DNA of 64,000 nucleotides from Escherichia coli (GCF_024502345.1 NZ_JALDNN010000001.1), one strand, 5' to 3'; shown: positions 41,391 to 53,961, numbered from the stretch's first letter. The notes: a model not told the origin generated them from the sequence alone. Numbers and translations: made by a program.

Positions 41391-43079
41391 ATGGCAAGTT
41401 CGGGCACAACATCGACGCGTAAGCGCTTTACCGGCGCAGAATTTATCGTTCATTTCCTGGAACAGCAGGGCATTAAGATTGTGACGGGCATTCCGGGCGG
41501 TTCTATCCTGCCTGTTTACGATGCCTTAAGCCAAAGCACGCAAATCCGCCATATTCTGGCCCGTCATGAACAGGGCGCGGGATTTATCGCTCAGGGGATG
41601 GCGCGCACCGACGGTAAACCGGCGGTCTGTATGGCCTGTAGCGGACCGGGTGCGACTAACCTGGTGACCGCCATTGCCGATGCGCGGCTGGACTCCATCC
41701 CGCTGATTTGCATCACCGGTCAGGTTCCCGCCTCGATGATCGGCACCGACGCCTTCCAGGAAGTGGACACCTACGGCATCTCTATCCCCATCACCAAACA
41801 CAACTATCTGGTCAGACATATCGAAGAACTCCCGCAGGTCATGAGCGATGCCTTCCGCATTGCGCAATCAGGCCGCCCAGGCCCGGTGTGGATAGACATT
41901 CCTAAGGATGTGCAAACGGCAGTTTTTGAGATTGAAACACAGCCCGCTATGGCAGAAAAAGCCGCCGCCCCCGCCTTTAGCGAAGAAAGCATTCGTGACG
42001 CAGCGGCGATGATTAACGCTGCCAAACGCCCGGTGCTTTATCTGGGCGGCGGTGTGATCAATGCGCCCGCACGGGTGCGTGAACTGGCGGAGAAAGCGCA
42101 ACTGCCTACCACCATGACTTTAATGGCGCTGGGCATGTTGCCAAAAGCGCATCCGTTGTCGCTGGGTATGCTGGGGATGCACGGCGTGCGCAGCACCAAC
42201 TATATTTTGCAGGAGGCGGATTTGTTGATAGTGCTCGGTGCGCGTTTTGATGACCGGGCGATTGGCAAAACCGAGCAGTTCTGTCCGAATGCCAAAATTA
42301 TTCATGTCGATATCGATCGCGCAGAGCTGGGTAAAATCAAGCAGCCGCATGTGGCGATTCAGGCTGATGTTGATGACGTGCTGGCGCAATTGATCCCGCA
42401 GGTGGAAGCGCAACCGCGTGCAGAGTGGCACCAGTTGGTAGCGGATTTGCAGCGCGAATTCCCGTGTCCAATCCCGAAAGCGTGCGATCCATTAAGCCAT
42501 TACGGCCTGATCAACGCCGTTGCCGCCTGTGTCGATGACAATGCGATTATCACCACCGATGTGGGTCAGCATCAGATGTGGACCGCGCAAGCTTATCCGC
42601 TCAATCGCCCACGCCAGTGGCTGACCTCCGGTGGGCTGGGCACGATGGGTTTTGGCCTGCCTGCGGCGATTGGCGCGGCGCTGGCGAACCCGGATCGCAA
42701 AGTGTTGTGTTTCTCCGGCGACGGCAGCCTGATGATGAATATTCAGGAGATGGCGACCGCCAGTGAAAATCAGCTGGATGTCAAAATCATTCTGATGAAC
42801 AACGAAGCGCTGGGGCTGGTGCATCAGCAACAGAGTCTGTTCTACGAGCAAGGCGTTTTTGCCGCCACCTATCCGGGCAAAATCAACTTTATGCAGATTG
42901 CCGCCGGATTCGGCCTCGAAACCTGTGATTTGAATAACGAAGCCGATCCGCAGGCTGCATTGCAGGAAATCATCAATCGCCCTGGCCCGGCGCTGATCCA
43001 TGTGCGCATTGATGCCGAAGAAAAAGTTTACCCGATGGTGCCGCCAGGTGCGGCGAATACTGAAATGGTGGGGGAATAA
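41391..43079 (+). CDS. ilvB: acetolactate synthase I large subunit
   Basis: 562-aa thiamine-diphosphate enzyme ORF downstream of ivbL. Confidence 0.95.
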   Translation: MASSGTTSTRKRFTGAEFIVHFLEQQGIKIVTGIPGGSILPVYDALSQSTQIRHILARHEQGAGFIAQGMARTDGKPAVCMACSGPGATNLVTAIADARLDSIPLICITGQVPASMIGTDAFQEVDTYGISIPITKHNYLVRHIEELPQVMSDAFRIAQSGRPGPVWIDIPKDVQTAVFEIETQPAMAEKAAAPAFSEESIRDAAAMINAAKRPVLYLGGGVINAPARVRELAEKAQLPTTMTLMALGMLPKAHPLSLGMLGMHGVRSTNYILQEADLLIVLGARFDDRAIGKTEQFCPNAKIIHVDIDRAELGKIKQPHVAIQADVDDVLAQLIPQVEAQPRAEWHQLVADLQREFPCPIPKACDPLSHYGLINAVAACVDDNAIITTDVGQHQMWTAQAYPLNRPRQWLTSGGLGTMGFGLPAAIGAALANPDRKVLCFSGDGSLMMNIQEMATASENQLDVKIILMNNEALGLVHQQQSLFYEQGVFAATYPGKINFMQIAAGFGLETCDLNNEADPQAALQEIINRPGPALIHVRIDAEEKVYPMVPPGAANTEMVGE

Positions 43080-43082
43080 GCC

Positions 43083-43373
43083 ATGCAAAACACAACTCAT
43101 AACAACGTAATTCTGGAGCTCACCGTTCGCAACCATCCGGGCGTAATGACCCACGTTTGTGGCCTTTTTGCCCGCCGCGCTTTTAACGTTGAAGGCATTC
43201 TTTGTCTGCCGATTCAGGACAGCGACAAAAGCCATATCTGGCTACTGGTCAATGACGACCAGCGTCTGGAGCAGATGATAAGCCAAATCGATAAGCTGGA
43301 AGATGTCGTGAAAGTGCAGCGTAATCAGTCCGATCCGACGATGTTTAACAAGATCGCGGTGTTTTTTCAGTAA
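43083..43373 (+). CDS. ilvN: acetolactate synthase I small subunit
   Basis: 96-aa ACT-domain ORF immediately after ilvB. Confidence 0.95.
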
Positions 43374-43395
43374 CCGCTCAAGGCTTGAACAACAT

Positions 43396-43429
43396 CGCGC
43401 TTATCGTTAAGGTAAGCGCGTTTTTTTTT
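43396..43429 (+). terminator. intrinsic terminator after ilvN
   Basis: Hairpin cgcgcttatcgttaaggtaagcgcg followed by T9. Confidence 0.5.
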
Positions 43430-43447
43430 ACCCGCCAGGACAAGACC

Positions 43448-44038
43448 ATGATCACCGTTGCCCTTATAGACGATCACCTCATCGTCCGCTCCGGCTTTGC
43501 GCAGCTGCTGGGGCTGGAACCTGATTTGCAGGTAGTTGCCGAGTTTGGTTCGGGGCGCGAGGCGCTGGCGGGGCTGCCGGGGCGCGGTGTGCAGGTGTGT
43601 ATTTGCGATATCTCCATGCCCGATATCTCCGGTCTGGAGCTGCTAAGCCAGCTGCCGAAAGGTATGGCGACGATTATGCTCTCCGTTCACGACAGTCCTG
43701 CGCTGGTTGAGCAGGCGCTTAACGCGGGGGCACGCGGCTTTCTTTCCAAACGCTGTAGCCCGGATGAACTCATTGCTGCGGTGCATACGGTTGCCACGGG
43801 CGGCTGTTATCTGACGCCGGATATTGCCATTAAACTGGCATCCGGTCGTCAGGACCCGCTAACCAAACGTGAACGCCAGGTGGCGGAAAAACTGGCGCAA
43901 GGAATGGCGGTGAAAGAGATTGCCGCCGAACTGGGCTTGTCACCGAAAACGGTACACGTCCATCGCGCCAATCTGATGGAAAAACTGGGCGTCAGTAACG
44001 ACGTAGAGCTGGCGCGCCGCATGTTTGATGGCTGGTGA
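43448..44038 (+). CDS. uhpA: response regulator UhpA (NarL/FixJ family)
   Basis: ATG at 43448 ([17 protein letters not shown]...), receiver domain plus LuxR-type HTH. Confidence 0.9.
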
Positions 44039-45540
44039 TGAAGACGTTGTTCTCCCGCTTAATTACCGTTATTGCCTGCTTTTTTATCTTCTCTGCCGCA
44101 TGGTTTTGCTTGTGGAGTATCAGCCTGCACCTGGTTGAGCGCCCTGATATGGCGGTGCTGTTATTTCCGTTTGGTCTGCGTCTGGGGCTAATGCTGCAAT
44201 GCCCGCGCGGATACTGGCCGGTGCTGCTGGGCGCGGAGTGGCTGCTGATTTACTGGCTAACGCAGGCGGTCGGTTTAACCCATTTTTCCTTATTGATGAT
44301 CGGTAGTTTACTGACGTTACTACCCGTTGCGCTGATCTCGCGCTATCGCCATCAACGTGACTGGCGCACCTTGCTGTTACAGGGGGCGGCCCTGACGGCG
44401 GCGGCGTTGTTGCAGTCGCTGCCCTGGCTTTGGCACGGCAAAGAGTCGTGGAATGCGCTACTACTGACTTTAACTGGCGGCCTGACGCTGGCCCCTATAT
44501 GTCTGGTGTTCTGGCACTATCTCGCCAATAACACCTGGCTGCCGCTCGGCCCGTCGTTAGTTTCTCAACCGATCAACTGGCGCGGGCGGCATCTGGTCTG
44601 GTACTTGCTGCTGTTTGTTATTAGTCTCTGGCTCCAGTTGGGATTGCCGGACGAACTGTCGCGCTTTACGCCATTCTGCCTGGCGCTGCCGATTATCGCG
44701 CTGGCCTGGCACTATGGCTGGCAAGGGGCGCTGATTGCGACGTTGATGAACGCCATCGCGCTGATCGCCAGTCAAACCTGGCGCGATCATCCGGTGGACT
44801 TATTGCTCTCGCTGCTGGTGCAAAGTCTGACAGGGTTGTTACTGGGCGCAGGTATCCAGCGGTTGCGTGAACTTAACCAGTCGCTGCAAAAAGAACTAGC
44901 GCGCAATCAGCATCTGGCTGAACGTTTGTTAGAAACTGAAGAGAGCGTGCGCCGCGACGTGGCGCGTGAGCTGCACGACGATATCGGTCAGACCATCACT
45001 GCTATTCGTACTCAGGCGGGCATTGTTCAGCGACTGGCGGCAGATAACGCCAGCGTGAAGCAGAGCGGGCAGCTCATCGAACAACTGTCGCTGGGTGTTT
45101 ACGATGCGGTGCGCCGTTTGTTAGGGCGGTTGCGTCCGCGCCAGCTGGATGATCTCACCCTGGAGCAGGCCATCCGCTCACTGATGCGGGAAATGGAGCT
45201 GGAAGGGCGCGGCATTGTCAGCCATCTCGAATGGCGTATCGATGAGTCAGCGTTAAGTGAAAACCAGCGCGTGACGCTGTTTCGCGTCTGCCAGGAAGGG
45301 CTGAACAACATTGTGAAACATGCTGATGCCAGCGCGGTCACCCTGCAAGGCTGGCAGCAGGATGAACGGTTGATGCTGGTGATTGAAGACGATGGTAGCG
45401 GTTTGCCACCGGGTTCCGGGCAACAAGGTTTTGGCCTCACCGGAATGCGCGAGCGCGTAACGGCGCTGGGCGGCACATTACACATTTCCTGTCTGCACGG
45501 CACGCGTGTCAGCGTTTCTCTACCTCAACGCTATGTCTAA
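44038..45540 (+). CDS. uhpB: sensor histidine kinase UhpB
   Basis: ATG at 44038 (MKTLFSRL...), membrane N-terminus and histidine kinase core. Confidence 0.9.
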   Translation: MKTLFSRLITVIACFFIFSAAWFCLWSISLHLVERPDMAVLLFPFGLRLGLMLQCPRGYWPVLLGAEWLLIYWLTQAVGLTHFSLLMIGSLLTLLPVALISRYRHQRDWRTLLLQGAALTAAALLQSLPWLWHGKESWNALLLTLTGGLTLAPICLVFWHYLANNTWLPLGPSLVSQPINWRGRHLVWYLLLFVISLWLQLGLPDELSRFTPFCLALPIIALAWHYGWQGALIATLMNAIALIASQTWRDHPVDLLLSLLVQSLTGLLLGAGIQRLRELNQSLQKELARNQHLAERLLETEESVRRDVARELHDDIGQTITAIRTQAGIVQRLAADNASVKQSGQLIEQLSLGVYDAVRRLLGRLRPRQLDDLTLEQAIRSLMREMELEGRGIVSHLEWRIDESALSENQRVTLFRVCQEGLNNIVKHADASAVTLQGWQQDERLMLVIEDDGSGLPPGSGQQGFGLTGMRERVTALGGTLHISCLHGTRVSVSLPQRYV

Positions 45541-45549
45541 GGTTCGATG

Positions 45550-46869
45550 ATGTTGCCGTTTCTGAAAGCGCCTGCCGATGCGCCATTACTGACTGATAAA
45601 CATGAAATTGATGCCCGTTATCGCTACTGGCGTCGGCATATTCTGCTGACCATCTGGCTGGGTTACGCGCTGTTTTACTTCACGCGGAAAAGTTTTAACG
45701 CCGCCGTACCAGAAATCCTTGCTAACGGCGTGCTCAGCCGTAGCGATATCGGCCTGTTAGCGACCCTGTTTTACATTACTTACGGCGTGTCGAAGTTTGT
45801 CTCCGGCATTGTCAGCGATCGCTCAAATGCCCGTTATTTTATGGGGATAGGGCTTATCGCCACGGGCATTATCAACATTCTGTTTGGCTTCTCGACGTCG
45901 CTATGGGCGTTTGCCGTACTCTGGGTGCTGAACGCCTTTTTCCAGGGCTGGGGTTCACCGGTGTGTGCGCGTCTGTTAACCGCCTGGTATTCTCGTACCG
46001 AGCGCGGCGGTTGGTGGGCATTATGGAACACGGCGCATAACGTCGGCGGCGCACTCATTCCCATTGTGATGGCAGCGGCTGCACTACATTACGGCTGGCG
46101 TGCCGGGATGATGATTGCTGGTTGTATGGCGATCGTCGTGGGGATTTTTCTCTGCTGGCGGCTGCGCGATCGCCCGCAGGCGTTAGGTTTACCGGCGGTA
46201 GGTGAATGGCGGCACGACGCGCTGGAGATTGCTCAACAACAAGAAGGGGCAGGGCTGACGCGTAAAGAGATCCTCACCAAGTATGTGTTGCTGAATCCGT
46301 ATATCTGGCTGCTTTCGTTTTGCTATGTGCTGGTCTATGTGGTCCGGGCGGCAATCAACGACTGGGGCAATTTGTATATGTCCGAGACGCTGGGCGTCGA
46401 TCTGGTCACGGCGAATACGGCAGTGACGATGTTTGAACTGGGCGGATTTATCGGTGCGCTGGTAGCCGGTTGGGGCTCGGACAAATTGTTTAACGGCAAC
46501 CGTGGGCCGATGAATTTGATTTTCGCCGCCGGAATTTTGCTTTCAGTCGGCTCGCTGTGGCTGATGCCATTTGCCAGCTACGTGATGCAGGCAACCTGCT
46601 TCTTCACTATTGGTTTTTTTGTCTTTGGCCCGCAGATGTTAATCGGCATGGCGGCGGCAGAGTGTTCACACAAAGAGGCGGCAGGGGCGGCGACGGGGTT
46701 TGTCGGCTTGTTTGCTTATCTGGGGGCGTCGCTTGCTGGTTGGCCGCTGGCGAAAGTACTCGATACCTGGCACTGGAGCGGTTTTTTTGTGGTTATCTCT
46801 ATTGCCGCCGGGATTTCCGCACTGCTGTTACTGCCCTTTTTGAACGCCCAGACACCGCGCGAAGCGTGA
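45550..46869 (+). CDS. uhpC: MFS sensor protein UhpC
   Basis: MFS ORF paralogous to uhpT; start at the second ATG (MLPFLKAP...). Confidence 0.9.
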   Translation: MLPFLKAPADAPLLTDKHEIDARYRYWRRHILLTIWLGYALFYFTRKSFNAAVPEILANGVLSRSDIGLLATLFYITYGVSKFVSGIVSDRSNARYFMGIGLIATGIINILFGFSTSLWAFAVLWVLNAFFQGWGSPVCARLLTAWYSRTERGGWWALWNTAHNVGGALIPIVMAAAALHYGWRAGMMIAGCMAIVVGIFLCWRLRDRPQALGLPAVGEWRHDALEIAQQQEGAGLTRKEILTKYVLLNPYIWLLSFCYVLVYVVRAAINDWGNLYMSETLGVDLVTANTAVTMFELGGFIGALVAGWGSDKLFNGNRGPMNLIFAAGILLSVGSLWLMPFASYVMQATCFFTIGFFVFGPQMLIGMAAAECSHKEAAGAATGFVGLFAYLGASLAGWPLAKVLDTWHWSGFFVVISIAAGISALLLLPFLNAQTPREA

Positions 46870-46915
46870 TGCATCTCACCTTTTCACTTCATATCCGGCA
46901 AAACTAAGAAATTTT

Positions 46916-46930
46916 CCAGGTTTTGCCTGG
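46916..46930. promoter_or_regulatory. candidate UhpA operator (ccagg-N5-cctgg inverted repeat) in uhpT promoter
   Basis: Inverted repeat about 80 bp upstream of the uhpT start codon. Confidence 0.4.
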
Positions 46931-47006
46931 ACGCTATCTCAGGCCTGATTTGCTGCTGATTTTTACAATGCATGCCTCACGCAGGTATTCATTTCAGGAG
47001 TAACCC

Positions 47007-48398
47007 ATGCTGGCTTTCTTAAACCAGGTTCGCAAGCCGACCCTGGACCTTCCGCTCGAAGTGCGGCGCAAAATGTGGTTCAAACCGTTCATGCAATCCT
47101 ACCTGGTGGTCTTTATCGGCTACCTGACGATGTACCTGATTCGCAAGAACTTTAACATCGCGCAGAACGACATGATCTCGACCTACGGGTTGAGCATGAC
47201 GCAGCTGGGGATGATCGGCCTGGGTTTCTCCATCACTTATGGCGTGGGTAAAACGCTGGTTTCCTACTACGCCGACGGCAAAAACACCAAACAATTCCTG
47301 CCGTTCATGCTTATCCTGTCTGCCATTTGTATGCTGGGCTTCAGTGCCAGTATGGGCAGCGGCTCGGTTAGCCTGTTTCTGATGATTGCCTTCTACGCCT
47401 TAAGCGGCTTTTTCCAGAGCACCGGCGGTTCGTGCAGTTACTCCACCATCACCAAATGGACGCCGCGTCGTAAGCGCGGGACCTTCCTCGGTTTCTGGAA
47501 TATTTCTCACAACCTTGGCGGTGCAGGCGCAGCAGGTGTGGCGCTGTTCGGGGCAAATTACCTGTTCGATGGCCATGTCATCGGCATGTTTATCTTCCCG
47601 TCGATTATCGCGCTGATTGTCGGTTTTATCGGCCTGCGTTACGGCAGCGACTCCCCGGAATCTTATGGCCTCGGCAAAGCTGAAGAACTGTTCGGCGAGG
47701 AGATCAGCGAAGAGGACAAAGAGACAGAATCTACCGATATGACCAAGTGGCAGATCTTTGTTGAGTATGTGCTGAAAAACAAAGTGATCTGGCTGCTGTG
47801 CTTCGCCAACATTTTCCTCTATGTGGTACGTATTGGTATCGACCAGTGGTCAACCGTATACGCGTTCCAGGAACTGAAACTCTCTAAAGCGGTGGCGATT
47901 CAGGGCTTTACGCTGTTTGAAGCTGGTGCGCTGGTCGGTACGCTGCTGTGGGGCTGGCTCTCTGACCTGGCGAACGGTCGCCGTGGCCTGGTGGCCTGCA
48001 TCGCGCTGGCGCTGATTATCGCCACGCTCGGTGTGTATCAACATGCCAGCAACGAATATATCTATCTGGCTTCTCTCTTTGCGTTGGGTTTCCTGGTCTT
48101 TGGCCCGCAATTGTTGATTGGTGTGGCTGCTGTTGGTTTTGTACCTAAAAAAGCGATTGGTGCTGCCGATGGTATTAAAGGCACCTTTGCTTACCTGATT
48201 GGCGACAGCTTTGCCAAGTTAGGTCTGGGAATGATTGCCGATGGGACGCCGGTATTCGGCCTTACCGGCTGGGCAGGCACCTTCGCCGCGCTGGATATCG
48301 CCGCGATTGGTTGTATCTGCCTGATGGCGATAGTGGCGGTGATGGAAGAACGCAAAATCCGCCGCGAGAAAAAAATTCAGCAGTTGACAGTGGCATAA
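47007..48398 (+). CDS. uhpT: hexose-6-phosphate:phosphate antiporter
   Basis: 463-aa MFS organophosphate antiporter ORF. Confidence 0.95.
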
Positions 48399-48416
48399 AC
48401 GTAACTGGTGACTTTT

Positions 48417-48444
48417 GCCCGGCATGACGCCGGGCTTTTTTTTT
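48417..48444. terminator. terminator hairpin between convergent uhpT and ade
   Basis: Hairpin gcccggcatgacgccgggc followed by T9 on the plus strand. Confidence 0.55.
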
Positions 48445-48445
48445 A

Positions 48446-50212
48446 TTATTCCGTGACTTCCAGCGTAGTGAAGGCAAATTTCTCGCCATCAAATAGCCCC
48501 TGACTGGTTAGTTTCAGCGCGGGGATCACTGGCAGAGAAAGAAACGCCATCTGAATAAACGGCTCATCCGGTAACGGACCGCATTCACGGGCGGCGGCTT
48601 TCAAGGCGTCAATTTGTTCCGCCAGCGACTGCGCCGTGTCGGTGCTCATCAGCCCGGCAATGGGCAACGGTAGATGACTTTGTACCTGGCCGTTACGTAC
48701 CACGCACAACCCGCCGCCATCCTGAATCACCTGATTGACCGCCAGCGCCATCTCTTCGGCACTGCGACCGATCACCACAATATTATGGCTGTCATGACTG
48801 ACCGTCGCAGCCAGCGCACCTTCATTCAGGCCAAAGCCGCCGAGCAAACCACAGGCCGGAGCCAGACGTTGCCCGTAACGCTCAAGTACGGCAATAAAGC
48901 ACACATCATCGCGATCAAAACCATTTTCGCTGTAGACGCTGGAGCGGGAGTGCGTAATCAATTCGTTATGGATGACGTCAATGACCCGATAGCGTTTTCC
49001 GGGCATGAATTGCAGGGAAAAGTCGCTGGCGGAAACTGGCTGGCGGGCAATGGTATTGCCATACGGCGGAGCGGATTGTGCCAGTCTCGCCGACTCTTCC
49101 GCCTGTAAGGTTTGCGCATCAATCGGTTCGCCTTTCACCAGTACCTGCTGCACCGTGACCTTACGCGCATCGCTCAACAGGACGATATCAGCCTGCTTAC
49201 CGGGTGCCAGTAAGCCCAGGTGATTCAGACCAAAGTGGCGCGCCGTCGACCAGCTGGCGACGCGATATGCCACATGCAGCGGCACATTGTGTTGTTCGAT
49301 CAGGCGGCGAATTAGGGCATCGATATGCCCTTCATGGGCGATCTCCCACGGGTTACGGTCATCAGTACAGAGCATGCATTGCGGGCTGTTAAATTCGTTG
49401 ATCAACGGTGCCAGTGCGTTGAGATTGCGGGCAGCGGACCCCTCGCGGATCATCAACGACATGCCGAGTTGTAATTTCCGGCGTCCTTCTTCCAGCTGAT
49501 AACTTTCGTGGCAGTTTTCAATACCCGCGGCAATATAGGCATTAAGTTCTTTACCACCCAAACCCGGGCAGTGACCGTCCAGCGTCAGGTGGCGAAATGC
49601 ATCCAGTTTATCGAGCAGCGCATTCTGCCCGCTAATTACGCCAGGGTAGTCCATCATTTCTGCAAGGCCGGTAACCTGCGGATGGTCCCGCCAGGCGAGC
49701 ATCTGTTCAAGGGTAAAACTGGCACCGTTAACATCGCAGCCTTCCAGAGCGGGCACGCAAGAGCTGACCTGTAAGTACTGGTTTTGCCTTGCCTGTTTGG
49801 CACAGCGGGCAAACCAGGCGAATCCGGCTTCGCCCATCACGTTGACGATTTCATGAGGGTCGCAAATAACGGTCGTCAGGCCGCGCGGCAGAGTAGCGGT
49901 TTCAAAGGTGACCGGCGTCATCATGCTGGATTCAATATGCAGGTGAGCATCAATAAACCCTGGCACCGCCGTTGCGCCGCGGGCATCAATCCGCTGCAAA
50001 GCCGGAGCATCAGTGTATTCTGCGCCAACACCGGCAATGTAACGTCCTTTAATCACAATTGGGCCGGAAATTTCTCCGCCATTGATCAGGTCGAGAATAG
50101 AGACATTATCAATAATATAATCGGCAACAGCGTCGCCACGGGAAACGGCTAACAATTCCTGGTATTCAGCCCGGCTAATGTGATGAAATTTATGGTTAAT
50201 AGAATTATTCAT
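48446..50212 (-). CDS. ade: adenine deaminase
   Basis: 588-aa amidohydrolase ORF with metal-binding HxH ([12 protein letters not shown]). Confidence 0.9.
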   Translation of the reverse strand: MNNSINHKFHHISRAEYQELLAVSRGDAVADYIIDNVSILDLINGGEISGPIVIKGRYIAGVGAEYTDAPALQRIDARGATAVPGFIDAHLHIESSMMTPVTFETATLPRGLTTVICDPHEIVNVMGEAGFAWFARCAKQARQNQYLQVSSCVPALEGCDVNGASFTLEQMLAWRDHPQVTGLAEMMDYPGVISGQNALLDKLDAFRHLTLDGHCPGLGGKELNAYIAAGIENCHESYQLEEGRRKLQLGMSLMIREGSAARNLNALAPLINEFNSPQCMLCTDDRNPWEIAHEGHIDALIRRLIEQHNVPLHVAYRVASWSTARHFGLNHLGLLAPGKQADIVLLSDARKVTVQQVLVKGEPIDAQTLQAEESARLAQSAPPYGNTIARQPVSASDFSLQFMPGKRYRVIDVIHNELITHSRSSVYSENGFDRDDVCFIAVLERYGQRLAPACGLLGGFGLNEGALAATVSHDSHNIVVIGRSAEEMALAVNQVIQDGGGLCVVRNGQVQSHLPLPIAGLMSTDTAQSLAEQIDALKAAARECGPLPDEPFIQMAFLSLPVIPALKLTSQGLFDGEKFAFTTLEVTE

Positions 50213-50374
50213 ATTTTTCTCATTTTGATTTTATCAATTTGATTATTATTTATCATAAAGAAACGTCGCGAGATTATTAAAGAATATCCATTAATGTGCA
50301 ATTGAAATGTGATAATTATCACTGAACCGTTGTTGTCATTTGTTTTACAAAAGCAAGGGATTAAATCTCCTCCA

Positions 50375-51721
50375 ATGGACAAAAAAATGAATAATGACAA
50401 TACCGATTACGTGAGTAATGAATCAGGGACGCTTTCGCGATTATTTAAACTACCTCAGCATGGGACCACCGTCCGCACAGAATTGATTGCGGGGATGACC
50501 ACTTTTTTAACCATGGTGTACATCGTTTTTGTGAACCCGCAAATCCTCGGCGCGGCACAAATGGACCCGAAAGTGGTGTTTGTTACCACCTGTTTGATTG
50601 CCGGTATCGGCAGCATTGCGATGGGGATATTTGCTAACTTACCCGTGGCGCTGGCTCCGGCAATGGGGCTGAACGCCTTCTTTGCCTTCGTGGTCGTGGG
50701 GGCGATGGGCATCTCCTGGCAGACCGGGATGGGCGCAATATTCTGGGGCGCAGTTGGACTATTTTTGCTCACGCTGTTTCGTATCCGGTACTGGATGATC
50801 TCCAACATTCCCTTAAGTTTACGTATTGGTATCACCAGCGGAATTGGATTATTTATCGCCTTAATGGGATTAAAAAATACTGGCGTTATTGTCGCCAATA
50901 AAGACACGCTGGTGATGATTGGCGATTTAAGTTCTCACGGCGTGTTGTTAGGTATTTTAGGGTTTTTTATTATAACCGTGTTGTCATCACGTCATTTTCA
51001 TGCCGCGGTGCTGGTTTCTATTGTGGTGACGTCTTGCTGTGGATTATTTTTCGGTGATGTTCATTTTAGCGGCGTCTATTCCATTCCGCCTGATATTAGC
51101 GGCGTCATTGGTGAAGTAGATTTGAGCGGCGCGTTAACACTTGAACTCGCCGGTATCATTTTCTCCTTTATGCTGATCAACCTATTTGATTCATCAGGAA
51201 CATTAATTGGTGTAACTGATAAAGCGGGCTTAATAGATGGTAACGGTAAATTCCCCAATATGAATAAGGCGCTGTATGTTGATAGCGTCAGTTCGGTGGC
51301 GGGTGCGTTTATCGGCACCTCGTCTGTTACTGCCTATATTGAAAGTACTTCTGGTGTGGCAGTCGGTGGCCGCACGGGGCTGACTGCGGTTGTGGTTGGC
51401 GTTATGTTCCTGTTGGTTATGTTCTTCTCACCGCTGGTGGCGATGGTTCCTCCTTACGCAACCGCCGGAGCGTTAATCTTTGTTGGCGTGCTGATGACTT
51501 CGAGCCTGGCGCGCGTTAACTGGGATGATTTTACCGAATCGGTGCCTGCGTTTATTACCACGGTGATGATGCCCTTTACTTTCTCGATCACCGAAGGGAT
51601 TGCACTCGGCTTTATGTCGTACTGCATCATGAAAGTGTGCACCGGGCGCTGGCGCGATCTGAACCTGTGTGTGGTGGTGGTCGCAGCTCTGTTTGCACTG
51701 AAGATTATTCTGGTGGATTAG
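50375..51721 (+). CDS. adeQ: purine (adenine) permease, NCS2 family
   Basis: Polytopic NCS2-type ORF divergent from ade; start ambiguous between ATG 50375 and ATG 50387. Confidence 0.8.
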   Translation: MDKKMNNDNTDYVSNESGTLSRLFKLPQHGTTVRTELIAGMTTFLTMVYIVFVNPQILGAAQMDPKVVFVTTCLIAGIGSIAMGIFANLPVALAPAMGLNAFFAFVVVGAMGISWQTGMGAIFWGAVGLFLLTLFRIRYWMISNIPLSLRIGITSGIGLFIALMGLKNTGVIVANKDTLVMIGDLSSHGVLLGILGFFIITVLSSRHFHAAVLVSIVVTSCCGLFFGDVHFSGVYSIPPDISGVIGEVDLSGALTLELAGIIFSFMLINLFDSSGTLIGVTDKAGLIDGNGKFPNMNKALYVDSVSSVAGAFIGTSSVTAYIESTSGVAVGGRTGLTAVVVGVMFLLVMFFSPLVAMVPPYATAGALIFVGVLMTSSLARVNWDDFTESVPAFITTVMMPFTFSITEGIALGFMSYCIMKVCTGRWRDLNLCVVVVAALFALKIILVD

Positions 51722-51773
51722 TAACTGGCAAGGGTTTCCAGATATCATGAGTTCTGATTACGCAGGAGAACTC

Positions 51774-52226
51774 ATGATCTGGATAATGCTCGCCACGCTG
51801 GCGGTAGTGTTTGTGGTTGGTTTTCGGGTGCTGACATCCGGGGCCAGAAAAGCGATTCGCCGTCTCAGTGATCGGCTGAATATCGATGTCGTACCCGTGG
51901 AGTCGATGGTCGATCAAATGGGAAAGTCAGCCGGTGACGAATTTTTACGTTATTTGCATCGCCCGGATGAGTCGCACCTGCAAAACGCCGCGCAGGTGTT
52001 GCTCATCTGGCAAATTGTCATTGTCGATGGTAGCGAACAGAACCTGCTGCAATGGCATCGGATTTTACAAAAAGCCCGTCTTGCCGCGCCGATTACCGAT
52101 GCTCAGGTCAGGCTGGCGCTGGGTTTTCTGCGCGAAACCGAACCTGAAATGCAGGATATTAATGCTTTTCAGATGCGCTATAACGCGTTCTTTCAGCCTG
52201 CCGAGGGCGTTCACTGGCTGCATTAA
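51774..52226 (+). CDS. yicN: conserved protein YicN
   Basis: ATG at 51774 with aggag-like RBS (caggagaactcATG), N-terminal TM segment. Confidence 0.75.
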   Translation: MIWIMLATLAVVFVVGFRVLTSGARKAIRRLSDRLNIDVVPVESMVDQMGKSAGDEFLRYLHRPDESHLQNAAQVLLIWQIVIVDGSEQNLLQWHRILQKARLAAPITDAQVRLALGFLRETEPEMQDINAFQMRYNAFFQPAEGVHWLH

Positions 52227-52235
52227 AACCGCTTC

Positions 52236-52298
52236 GTCTTATCAGCCTACAGACCGCGCCTGACCTGTCGGGTGGATAAGACGTTCACGCCGCATCCG
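52236..52298. repeat. REP element between yicN and nepI
   Basis: ggataagacgttcacgccgcatccgg REP core with an inverted partner gtcttatcagcctac. Confidence 0.5.
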
Positions 52299-52436
52299 GT
52301 AATCTTTGCCCTGTTCCGTTTCGATCTTAACTCCAGCTCAAGCAACACCGTAAAAGTTGCAAAAACGTTAAATGCGTCACACATTTCAATGTTAAAGTGG
52401 TCGGCTTTTCCCCTGAAACATGCCACGGGTAACACC

Positions 52437-53627
52437 ATGAGTGAATTTATTGCCGAAAACCGCGACGCGGATGCCATCACCCGACCGAACTGGTCAGCCG
52501 TTTTCTCGGTGGCGTTTTGTGTCGCCTGTCTGATTATCGTTGAGTTTTTGCCCGTCAGTTTGTTGACGCCAATGGCCCAGGATTTAGGCATTTCGGAAGG
52601 GGTTGCCGGGCAATCGGTGACCGTGACCGCCTTTGTGGCAATGTTTGCCAGTTTGTTTATTACCCAGACAATTCAGGCTACTGACCGCCGCTACGTTGTT
52701 ATTTTGTTTGCCGTTTTGCTGACGCTCTCCTGCTTGCTGGTTTCCTTTGCTAACTCATTCAGTTTGCTTTTAATCGGTCGTGCCTGTCTGGGGCTGGCGC
52801 TGGGCGGGTTCTGGGCGATGTCGGCGTCGCTGACCATGCGTCTGGTACCACCGCGTACGGTGCCGAAGGCGCTGTCGGTGATCTTCGGCGCGGTTTCTAT
52901 TGCGCTGGTGATTGCCGCGCCGTTGGGCAGTTTTTTAGGCGAGCTTATCGGTTGGCGCAATGTCTTTAATGCGGCGGCGGTGATGGGCGTGCTGTGTATT
53001 TTCTGGATTATCAAATCATTGCCTTCACTGCCAGGCGAACCCTCGCATCAGAAACAAAATACTTTCCGCTTATTACAACGTCCGGGTGTGATGGCAGGGA
53101 TGATCGCCATCTTCATGTCTTTCGCCGGGCAGTTTGCTTTCTTCACGTATATTCGCCCGGTGTATATGAACCTGGCGGGATTCGGCGTGGATGGCTTAAC
53201 GCTGGTGCTGTTGAGTTTTGGTATCGCCAGCTTTATTGGTACGTCGCTTTCGTCGTTCATTCTTAAACGTTCGGTAAAACTGGCCTTAGCAGGCGCGCCG
53301 TTAATACTGGCTGTGAGTGCGTTGGTACTGACGTTGTGGGGAAGCGATAAAATCGTTGCTACCGGCGTGGCGATTATCTGGGGGCTAACTTTTGCATTGG
53401 TTCCCGTCGGCTGGTCAACGTGGATCACCCGCTCGCTGGCCGATCAGGCAGAAAAAGCCGGGTCTATTCAGGTGGCGGTTATTCAGCTTGCTAATACCTG
53501 TGGCGCGGCAATCGGCGGTTATGCGCTGGATAATATTGGTCTGACTTCGCCGTTGATGTTGTCCGGCACATTGATGTTGCTGACTGCATTGTTGGTTACT
53601 GCAAAGGTGAAAATGAAGAAATCCTGA
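52437..53627 (+). CDS. nepI: MFS purine ribonucleoside efflux pump NepI
   Basis: ATG at 52437 ([14 protein letters not shown]...), 12-TM MFS; the upstream 55 codons of the track ORF run through the REP element. Confidence 0.85.
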   Translation: MSEFIAENRDADAITRPNWSAVFSVAFCVACLIIVEFLPVSLLTPMAQDLGISEGVAGQSVTVTAFVAMFASLFITQTIQATDRRYVVILFAVLLTLSCLLVSFANSFSLLLIGRACLGLALGGFWAMSASLTMRLVPPRTVPKALSVIFGAVSIALVIAAPLGSFLGELIGWRNVFNAAAVMGVLCIFWIIKSLPSLPGEPSHQKQNTFRLLQRPGVMAGMIAIFMSFAGQFAFFTYIRPVYMNLAGFGVDGLTLVLLSFGIASFIGTSLSSFILKRSVKLALAGAPLILAVSALVLTLWGSDKIVATGVAIIWGLTFALVPVGWSTWITRSLADQAEKAGSIQVAVIQLANTCGAAIGGYALDNIGLTSPLMLSGTLMLLTALLVTAKVKMKKS

Positions 53628-53667
53628 TATCAGGTAAAGAAGCGTTGGTCAGTAGTTGTTGCTGTTC

Positions 53668-53961
53668 TTACATATCCGGGCATTCTACCTTACCCAACGC
53701 TTCCCAATAATTGCTCTGATTATTACGTTCCATCGCCACGATGGCCTCGCGTATATGTTGTTTATTGTTTTCATCTGACAACATTAACTTTTCCCACGCT
53801 TCATCTGATAATGACGCCTGTGGCGTGCAAATTTTACGTAAATCTTGTAATACCGTGGTTTTCTCTTTTGCGGACTGCAGTGAGCTAAAAGGCGACTCGG
53901 CGTATACGATGCCTGGCATAGCGAAAAAAGTGAAAATAAGCAGTAGTGTCGTTGGTTTCAT
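53668..53961 (-). CDS. yicS: small secreted protein YicS
   Basis: 97-aa ORF with N-terminal signal peptide. Confidence 0.8.
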   Translation of the reverse strand: MKPTTLLLIFTFFAMPGIVYAESPFSSLQSAKEKTTVLQDLRKICTPQASLSDEAWEKLMLSDENNKQHIREAIVAMERNNQSNYWEALGKVECPDM